This document shows, piece by piece, positions 53,198 to 64,000 of a stretch of DNA of 64,000 nucleotides. A program made the position numbers and the translations under genes. The notes below the pieces were generated by a model. That model did not search any database. It saw nothing but the letters and a program-made list of their open reading frames with translations, and was not told the origin of the DNA. Positions within the stretch are counted from its first letter, which is position 1; each line of letters begins with the position of its first letter. The DNA is from Eledone cirrhosa. Lineage: Eukaryota. The stretch lies in NCBI GenBank assembly GCA_964016885.1, contig OZ024742.1, positions 29,822,001 to 29,886,000 on the forward strand, given 5' to 3'.

Positions 53198-53826
53198 TAA
53201 ATCAGGAAAGAAGGTTGACATGGTTTGCTATACAAAAAAGGTTTTTAATCTCATAGCTGACAATTGTTTCTCTGAACTGGTAGGTCTAGAGATCGCTATT
53301 CGCTTGTTTTCACGTTACTCGATCGCCAATACAAAGTCCCACTCATGTATGTTATTGAAGATGAAAAGAAAGACTGTAAACACCGGCTTATCTTTAAAAT
53401 TTAAAATTGATACACACTTCGATACTCTGTACATGCCAAACTTTTACTTCTGCCTCATGACAGCTAGTTTTACACGCCGAAATCTTACATACACTATACC
53501 CCCCCCCCCCACACACACACACACCTAAGTAATGTCAGGGTCTCCTCAAAAAATTTATTAATAGCATTGTTGTAATTGTTGTTATTGTTCTAACTGAATG
53601 CCATTACTACTTCATATAGTAGCCTGTATATTCTTTTCTTGCCTGTGTATTCTCTTCATTCTCGCATGCTCCGAAGAACTGACTGGTTATAATTTTGTAT
53701 TGGCGATCGAGTAACGTGAAAACAAGCGAATAGCGATCTCTAGACCTACCAGTTCAGAGAAACAATTGTCAGCTATGAGATTAAAAACCTTTTTTGTATA
53801 GCAAACCATGTAAACCTTCTTTCCTG

Positions 53827-53832
<6 letters not shown>
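53198..53832 (+). mobile_element. pLTR with about 135-bp inverted repeat and HHR (53668-53773, U4C core change)
   Basis: 53198-53335 is the reverse complement of 53695-53832. GCT-CCGAAGA-A CTGACTGGT...ACCAGTTCAG A-GAAA-CAATTG-TC^AGC. Confidence 0.7.
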
Positions 53833-53913
<81 letters not shown>

Positions 53914-53944
53914 GGCTTAGTCAATTGTCCTTGCATTATTATAT

Positions 53945-54100
53945 GTGGATTGGCAGTATCGGTAGAGGGTTGGACACCATGCTTAGACCCATAGAGTTAC
54001 GCCCCTTGCCATTCTGAGTTCAAATCGTGCGATAAAATAAATTACCAGTAATGTACTGGGTAATTGCTGGCCTCGTGCCAAAAAGTAGAAACAATTATTA
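53945..54100 (+). mobile_element. tRNA-derived SINE, core partly deleted
   Basis: Head, B-box and tail are present. Confidence 0.75.
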
Positions 54101-54104
54101 TATA

Positions 54105-54306
54105 TATAACGAAGGAGGTGTGGTAAGGAAGCAGATACACCATAACGCACCAGAGTACTCAATACTTAGGGTAGTAGAGTGGGTAATAGGAAAATGTTTG
54201 ACCCGACGACAGGGCTCAAGCCGTTTCGACGGCTATTTCTGGACTCTTATACTCCTGAAATAGCCGTCAAAACGGCTTTAGCTCTGCCGTCGGGGTCAAA
54301 CATGTT

Positions 54307-54310
<4 letters not shown>
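54105..54310. mobile_element. pLTR end with fold-back of HHR 3' halves
   Basis: Same family and arrangement as 40455-40641. Confidence 0.8.
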
Positions 54311-54344
<34 letters not shown>

Positions 54345-54933
54345 TTAATATCGACGAGATTAATCAGCGTGTCCGTCCGTGTTAAAGACGATATTATATG
54401 ACTTAAAGAATGAAAGAAATTTAGCTGCTATTTCGTGGATGCTGAGCGACCACATAGAGTTTATTGTGTATCTTCACAACGTTAAATTTAAAATTTTGAT
54501 ATTTTCTCAAAATCTTTTTTCTTTTTCGTGTATCTTTTGTAATTTAGACCTCATTGTTATCGAGTGAGTAACAATGTAAGTTATTGCAACAAAGACGGCG
54601 ATGCTTAAAAATATAGAAAAACCTTATCTATTCATTTATAAGATTTTTTTTTTTTTTCAAAATACGGTCTTATAGTTGAGCTTTTGCTGTAGAAAAAGTT
54701 AAGTTATGAAGATAAAGATAATAGAAAAATGTATAGAGGTGAGATAAAAACTTTGTTCTTATCTTGAAGTCATGGCAAGCTGTTTCATTCAAAGTTCACT
54801 TTTTCTCCTGTGAGATCTTCTTTCGTTGGTAAACTTCTTAAATATCCCTTTTAGTCAAGATATCTTTAAAACATGGTCTAATTATATTTGCTCCTATATA
54901 TATATATATAGAGAGAGAGATAGATAGATATCG

Positions 54934-55034
<101 letters not shown>

Positions 55035-55055
55035 TATATATATATATATAATGTA

Positions 55056-55089
<34 letters not shown>

Positions 55090-55123
55090 ATGTATATATG
55101 TATATATATATATATATAGTGTA

Positions 55124-55191
<68 letters not shown>

Positions 55192-55317
55192 CCCTCTATC
55201 TATCTATCAATATCTTCCTCTATCGCTCGCTCTTTCTTTTCTCTCCGTGTCTATCTATGTTTACATATGTTTATATGTATGAGAGTTTTATAGATGTATA
55301 TATATAAATGTATAAAC

Positions 55318-55369
<52 letters not shown>

Positions 55370-55745
55370 GGGGGGGGGGTGTATTCGTTCACATGTTCTT
55401 AGGTTTTTATTGCGATTTTAACTTGAAAAGCAAACATGAAAAAACAGCATCTGACACCAACATATTACAGTAATAGTATATTATTGTGACACCTAAAAGA
55501 AATAACTAAAGTATCTTGACCTTTCGGACACGAGTCTTTCTTTTGTTGGTAAATACTGAGGGAAGAAGAAAAGGATGTCGCAAAATAAGAGAAAAAAGGA
55601 AGACAGGCGAAAGAAAAGCAAGAGAACGGTGATGATAAAAACTCATATAATTACATGTCTGCCATCTTAGAAAAGATATATATATATATATTTGTTTATT
55701 TATTTATTTATAAATATATATATATAAATTTTGATGCATGCATAC

Positions 55746-55818
<73 letters not shown>

Positions 55819-55834
55819 TATATATTTGTATATG

Positions 55835-55907
<73 letters not shown>

Positions 55908-56227
55908 ACGTGTGCATGTATGTGTAAATGCATAAATATGTGTGTGGATATATGTCTGTGTATGTGTATTGTTTCATTCTTTATTATTGACAAACTCTAA
56001 TTAGGCTGAAGAACCGCAGGGAGATTTATATTTCTTGTTATGATACAGTCGTTACTTCTGTAATGTTGTTGTTGCTGTTGTTGTTGTAGTTGTTTACGTG
56101 TTGTTTTTCTTTGAAAACACCCAAAAAGTTTTCAATGTGATTTACACGCTTGGTGTCAGAAGCTGATATAAAAATATCAATATTATAAAGAGATATACAT
56201 GCATGAATATATACATACATTATTTAT

Positions 56228-56310
<83 letters not shown>

Positions 56311-56398
56311 CATAATTTGTTTATATCTATATGTATGTGTGTATATATATAAATATATATATATATACATACATTATTTATTTCTATGTATGTGTATC

Positions 56399-56432
<34 letters not shown>

Positions 56433-56444
56433 CACAAAAGTGTC

Positions 56445-56532
<88 letters not shown>

Positions 56533-56648
56533 ATATATATGTATATATATATACATTTATATACATATATATACATATTTAAACATATATATATATATAT
56601 AAATATATGTATACACAAAAGTGTCTTATATATACATATATATATATA

Positions 56649-56833
56649 TAGGAACGAGTAGGGCCCCGACGGCTGAGCTCAAGCCGTTTCGACGGTCCAG
56701 AATTAGCCGTCGAAACGGCTTGAGCTCAGCCGTCGGTGTCCTACTCGTTCCTATTACCCACTCTACTACCCTAAGTATTGAGTACTTTGGTGCGTTATGG
56801 TCCATCTGGTTCCTTACCACATTTCTTTCGTTA
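56649..56833. mobile_element. pLTR end with fold-back of HHR 3' halves
   Basis: TAGGAACGAGTAGG..GACGGCTGAGCTCAAGCCGTTTCGACGG, a loop, then the reverse complement. Confidence 0.8.
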
Positions 56834-56860
56834 TATATATATATATATATATATGTGTGC

Positions 56861-56937
<77 letters not shown>

Positions 56938-57058
56938 CATATACATATATATATATATATATATGTTTGTACATATATATATATATACATACATGCATAC
57001 AAAGAAACATATATACATATGTACAAACATACATACATACACACATATATACATACAT

Positions 57059-58538
57059 TGGTGAGTCCAAGTGTGCATATTTGGCAGTAAAACGTGGAAG
57101 AGCTCTGCCCTCCTCTAGAAATCTAGAGATGAACGGCCTGACAGTACAACCTCTACAGTCAGGTGACAACTACAGATATCTTGGACAGGATGAGAATGTC
57201 AGTTCTGATGGACCCATAAATAAGGGGAGAACAAGAACTGAATACTTCAGAAGAGTAAAGAAAATATGGTCATCAGAACTGTCAGCGTACAACAAATACA
57301 TTGCCCACAATACTTATGCAGTGCCAATTCTAACGGCAACATTTGGCCTACTGAACTGGTCATTGCAAGAACTAAGTGAGATGGATGTTAGAACTCGAAA
57401 ACTTCTCAGTGTTACTGGGAACTTTAACCACAATGGTGATGTGGATAGGCTATACTTCTCACGCAAGGAAGGTAGCCGGGGTCTAAAATCAATATTAACA
57501 ACATATGAGACCCGGATAGTAACACTGAAGCAACACCTTCAACAGAGGAAAAAGGTTGGCAACCATCTTGCCCAGGTTTATGAGCATGAAAAAAAAAATA
57601 TCATTAGAATAGCGACTGATCTGGAGGAGAGATATGGAATAAAGCCTGATATAAATCTCTCACCCAGAGAAATCGGAAGATCCTATTCAATGTTCAAACA
57701 AGATAAACAAATTGACCAATTTACAGAAAAAGTTGTGCGTGGATACTTGAGGCGTAAAACACAGACCATAGAAGGGATAAACCACTCAAAAAGCTTGGCA
57801 TGGAGTTCCGACAAGTTTATGACATCACACCTTGAGGGATATCTCTATGCAATACAGGAACAAGAACTCCCTACCAAATATCTGCTGCACAAAAGGGGAG
57901 GGCCAGCAGCTTACAATAAATGTAGGCTATGTAAAACAAAGATCGAGGATGTAAGCCTCATTGTTGCCAGCTGCGAAAGAATGTCATCTCGCTACTACCT
58001 CCCCATGAGACACGATGGGATAGCTAGAACCATCTGGAACGCACTTCGGAAAATAAAATTAACAACAAACGAGGAAGAATATATTGAGACAGATGGCACT
58101 AAGGAATACTGGTGGAACCTGAAAATAAAAACTGCCACCAAATTAAAGCACAACCGGCCTGATATTGTTGTTTGGGACTACACATTGAAAACGTGTTCTG
58201 TTGTGGAGATCAGCTGCCCACTTGATGTAAACGTTGTCAGAAAAATACATGAGAAGGAGGACACCTACGGACCATTGATGAGGAGTTTACAAATCCAGTA
58301 TCCAAGATACACCTTTAGCTTCATACCCATCATTATTGGACCAAAGTATAACTGAACTTGGATTTGCGGACAAAAAGCGCAGCTCCCTAATTCATAGTCT
58401 ACAAATGGCTGCGATAGCTGGCACCTTCAAAATTTGCAAAACATTCTTGCGATTCAAGGGATGACAATTTCTTTTCTTTTAGAACCAGGAAGGTGGCCGG
58501 TCAAAAAAAATATACTCGAAATTAAGAGAAAGAGATAA
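57059..58538 (+). mobile_element. 5'-truncated R4/Dong-type LINE (RT end, zinc knuckle, RLE)
   Basis: [50 protein letters not shown]. (CATA)-type repeats lie on both flanks. Confidence 0.88.
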
Positions 58539-59339
58539 CATACATACATACAAACATATATGCATACAGGCATAGATATATGCATACAGTGTGTGTGTGA
58601 ATGTGTTGGTCTGTGTGTGTGTGTGTGATTGAGTGAATTAGTGTGTGTTGGTGTGCGTATGGCTATGTTGGTGTGTGTGTGTATTTGTGGTTGTGTTAAT
58701 GTGTGTGTCTTTCTCGGTGTGTGTGGATTTATTGGTGTCTTTTTGTGAGACAGTCTTGGTGTGTGTGTGTATGTGAGTGCGTGCGTGTGTGTGGCTGTGA
58801 GTGTGGATGTGTGTATGTGTGTTTGTGTGTGTGTTAGTGTGTGTATGTGTGTTAGTGTGCGTATGAGTGCTAGTGAGTGGATGTGTGTACGTATGTTAGT
58901 GTGTGTATGAGTGCTAGTGAGTGGATGTGTGTATGCGTGTGTGTGTGTGTGGCTGTGTGTACGCGTGTGTGTGTACGCGTGTGTGTGTGTTTGTGTGTGT
59001 GTTAGTGTGTGTGTGGCTGTGTGTACGCGTGTGTGTGTACTTGCGTGTGTGTGTTTGTGTGTGTGTTAGTGTGTGTATGAGTGCTAGCGAGTGGATGTGT
59101 GTATGTGTGTGTGTGTGTTAGTGTGTGTTGAGCATCAATTGTATTTATGCTAGATATCGCTCACAATGAGTTTGAGAGTAAATAAAAGCACAATGAAACT
59201 CTTCAGTCCTCCACACAACACCTCCGACATATCACTCCCAACACACCACCCCACGACACCCATGCCGCCCCCACATATCACCCCACCCCCATCACATCAC
59301 CCCTGACATATCACCCCAACACACCACCCCCAGCCCTAA

Positions 59340-59483
59340 CAATCATATAATCAACAATAGTAGCATCAACAACAACAACATCAATAACAACAACAGCAAC
59401 AATATCAACAACAAGAACAACAACAACAACAGCAACATCAACAACAACAACAAAAATCACAAAAAATCAACAAAATCAACAAG

Positions 59484-59518
<35 letters not shown>

Positions 59519-59574
59519 AAACAACAACAACAACAACAACAATCACAACAACATCAACAACAACAACAACAATC

Positions 59575-59605
<31 letters not shown>

Positions 59606-59752
59606 TCACAACAAAAACATCAACAACAACAACAACAATCACAACAATAACAACAACAATCACAACAACCACAACAACAACAACAACAATCACAACTACA
59701 ACAACAACAACAATAACAACAACAACAACAATCGCAACAACAATAACAACTA
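59340..59752. repeat. (AAC)n-rich tract
   Basis: Degenerate trinucleotide repeat. Confidence 0.9.
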
Positions 59753-60050
59753 TAAATATCAGCTAATGATAAATATTCCTGCAAGATACAGAGAAGAAGA
59801 AGAAGAAGAAGAAGAAGAAGAAGAAATTATGTTTAAACAAAAGTAAAAAAAAAAGAAAACTATACCAAAAGACAAAACAACAAAGAGGGTTGACGGTGGC
59901 GTTGGGGGGAGGGGGTAAAACAATGAGATGAGAAATAAAGGGAGATAATTAAAATAATAAAACGAATAAAACGATGAAAACGATTAGAAATATGTTAGTT
60001 TACATCCTGGCATTCCATTTCAATTTGAGTGTGAAACTACATTGTAGATT

Positions 60051-60127
<77 letters not shown>

Positions 60128-60137
60128 TTATATATTA

Positions 60138-60192
<55 letters not shown>

Positions 60193-60193
60193 T

Positions 60194-60239
<46 letters not shown>

Positions 60240-60240
60240 T

Positions 60241-60319
<79 letters not shown>

Positions 60320-60519
60320 TAATACATATATATTATTAATCGTTAGATAATATAGAAGAATTTGTGTTCCGGTTGAATGAGAAATACACATGTTGAAGGA
60401 ACAAAATATTGATAGACCGGAGGAGAGGTGAGAGGAGAGTATGAGGGGTGGCAGAGGAGGAGGAGAAGGGGAAGGGTGAAGGAGGAGAGGGGGAGGGGGT
60501 ATTTACTGCTATTAATACT

Positions 60520-61258
60520 GCCAATAATATATTACTAATACTACTACTAACGCCACTACTACCACAACCACTGCTACTACAATTATTAATACTAGTACAA
60601 CTACCACTATTAATACTACTACTAATACCACTACCACTACCACTATTAATACTACTACTAATACCACTACCACTACCACTATTAATACTACTACTAATAC
60701 CAATACCACTACCACTATTAATACCACTACTAATACCGCTACCACTACGACTATTAATACCACTACTAATACCGCTACCACTACGACTATTAATACCACT
60801 ACTAATACCACTACCACTACGACTATTAATACCACTACTAATACCACTACCACTACCACTATTAATACTACTACTAATACCAATACCACTACCACTATTA
60901 ATACCACTACTAATACCACTACCACTACGACTATTAATACCACTACTAATACCACTACCACTACCACTATTAATACTACTACTAATACCACTACCACTAC
61001 CACTATTAATACCACTACTAATACCACTACCACTACCACTATTAATACCACTACTAATACCACTACCACAACCACTATTAATACCACTACTAATAGCACT
61101 TCCACTATTAATACTACTACTAATACCACTACCACTATTAATACCACTATTAATACCACTACCACTACCACTATTAATACCACTACCACTACCACTACCA
61201 CTACCACTACCACTACCACTACCACTACCACTATTAATACCACTATTAATACTACTAC
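60520..61258. repeat. About 42-bp-period minisatellite built from CTACCA/CTATTAATA units
   Basis: CCACTATTAATACYACTACTAATACCACTACCACTA repeated. It is stop-free in several frames only because of its composition. Confidence 0.9.
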
Positions 61259-61708
61259 TGAAACTGCAAACACTAACACTAACGTCTCCCTCTAATCTTT
61301 CTACTAGAATTTCACAAACAAGAAAGAAAGAAGGAAAGAAAGAAACAAGAAAGAAACAAAGAAACAAAGAAATAAAGAAAGAAAAAGGAAAAAGAGAAAA
61401 AGAAAGAGAGAAAGAGTAGAGAAGGTGGTTTGGGGGAGAGGGTGGTGGGGCAGAGCGATTGAAATGGAAGAGAGGCTTGCGGATTAGAGCTGATCAGTGA
61501 GCAAACACTGATCTCTACATGCGCATCTAATATTATATGATATACATGTATGTATATACATATATATATATATGTATGTATATGCATATACATATATATA
61601 TATATGTATATATATGTATATATATATACATATATATATATACACATATATATGTATATATATATATATTTATATATATATGTATTTACATATATATGTA
61701 TTTATATA

Positions 61709-61792
<84 letters not shown>

Positions 61793-61959
61793 CATATATA
61801 TATATATATATGTATGTATATGCATATACATATATATATATATGTATATATATGTATATATATATACATATATATATATATACACATATATATGTATATA
61901 TATATATATTTATATATATATGTATTTACATATATATGTATTTATATATATATGTATAT

Positions 61960-62044
<85 letters not shown>

Positions 62045-62045
<1 letters not shown>

Positions 62046-62283
62046 GGTGGCTGCCAACTCGTTTTCGAGTACGGCCACTACTTTATATCCATATAGGAGA
62101 ACCCCTACAGATGCACTGAACGAGTGTGACCTTTTAGTCCAGCCAGCGACTTGAAAACTCTGGTACAAACACCACACTTGTGACAAATATTGACACATAG
62201 TGCTGGGGCCATGGTACCCTGTGACGACAAGTGCAGAGAGATCTCCAGATATAAAGCAATGCCTGTGCCGTGAAGCTTTTATA
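62045..62283 (-). mobile_element. 3' part of the non-coding element seen at 14803-15410
   Basis: Reverse complement of about 15173-15412. Confidence 0.85.
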
Positions 62284-62314
62284 AACATATATACATATAT
62301 ACATATATACATAT

Positions 62315-62363
<49 letters not shown>

Positions 62364-62390
62364 CATATATATATATACATATAGATATAC

Positions 62391-62423
<33 letters not shown>

Positions 62424-63039
62424 GATATATATATACATATATATATATGGATATATACATATGTATATATGTATATATATATATATATCATATATATATA
62501 CATATATATATGAATATATATATATATGTATATATGAATATATATATATGTATATAAGCATATATATATGCAAATGGGGGGGTGAGGAAGGGGGTATGTT
62601 GCTGTGTGTAAAAAAATAATTCTATATTTATATTTTCAGCTTACTGCATCTTCACACACACACACTCACACATACACACACTCACACACACACAAACACA
62701 CACACACTCACACACACTCACACACACACACACACACACATACACATACACACACATACACACACATACACATACACACACACATACAGACACATACACA
62801 CACATACACACATACAGACATACACGTTTATTGCAGAAAGCCGTAAGGTAATTATTATTATTATAAATCCCCCCACCATCACCCCATACATCAGATATGA
62901 ATAAATTTAATAGTATTTTTCTATGAATGTTGCGATGGGGTGAGTTTATTAGAGAGAGACAGACAGACAGAGAGGCAGACAAACAAAAAAAGAGGGAAAT
63001 GCAGGCAGATAGACAGATAGATAGATATAGAGAGAGGGG

Positions 63040-63118
<79 letters not shown>

Positions 63119-63266
63119 TACAGATAGATATAGTTAGATAGAGAGAGGGGGAGCGAGAGAGAGAGGGGGATAGATAGACAGACAGACCGACACACAGATA
63201 GACAGACAGACTGACAGACTGACAGACACACAGATAGATAGATGGACAGATAGAGAGATAGATAGT

Positions 63267-63322
<56 letters not shown>

Positions 63323-63342
63323 CAGATAGAGATAGAGATAGT

Positions 63343-63445
<103 letters not shown>

Positions 63446-63892
63446 TGCTATATTTCCAGTGTTAAAGATTTGGGGCCTTCTTGATCTCGATATTTATAAT
63501 ATTTCAGATATGTCTACTACATAACCTAATTACATATATATGTGTGTGTATGTATGAGTCTATGTATGTACATATATATGTGTGTATGTGTGTGTAGGGG
63601 GTAGGTTCATAGTTGAAGCTTACAACGTTTCGTTACTCAAAATGTCATGCCTCATCAAAAAGATGATATCTGATAGAAGAGATATTTCTCTAAGTTGACA
63701 AAAGATCGATTTTAGATTGTGATCGTCAGAAGAAGGCGAGTGTACCACGATATGAAACTTTTAGCAACAGAATGATCTCAGCTGGAACTATAATACTGCA
63801 GATTGAAGAATTACAATCACTTGATTTCTAGTTCTTTTTTTAATTTGCTCGTATTGTTAACGACGGGATTTTCTGAATTACATACATACTAG

Positions 63893-63934
<42 letters not shown>

Positions 63935-63949
63935 CCTAGTATGCATATT

Positions 63950-64000
<51 letters not shown>

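Noticed and set aside
56005-56058. CTGAAGA with GU-rich hairpin; similar weak cases near 6740, 54790 and 63620
   Set aside because: Multiple core or stem mismatches; possibly old HHRs but not supportable.
56778-57058. N-terminus of the 525-aa ORF
   Set aside because: Chance read-through of a pLTR end and microsatellite into the truncated LINE.
60336-61419. Gly/Ser-rich and Leu/Pro-rich ORFs over 300 aa
   Set aside because: Triplet-based minisatellite open in several frames on both strands, with no evidence of gene context.

Overview
AT-rich, microsatellite-saturated eukaryotic DNA with no recognisable host exon. The tRNA-derived SINE families resemble octopod cephalopod SINEs (inference). 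Nearly all non-simple sequence is mobile-element derived: one near-intact and one decayed Tx1/L1-group LINE, three R4/Dong-type RLE LINE fragments, CRE and RTE 3' fragments, several Penelope-like (GIY-YIG) elements with inverted pseudo-LTRs, an internally deleted mariner and many SINEs. The main signal the ORF track does not show is a dense set of type I hammerhead ribozyme (HHR) motifs. By manual folding I count about 18 with intact cores and about 9 degenerate, in many unrelated families. These include U3-A8 core variants, long stem II forms and an ORF-less 484-bp HHR tandem that looks retrozyme-like. All folds were done by eye and no activity has been tested. Most short ORFs in the track are microsatellite artefacts.
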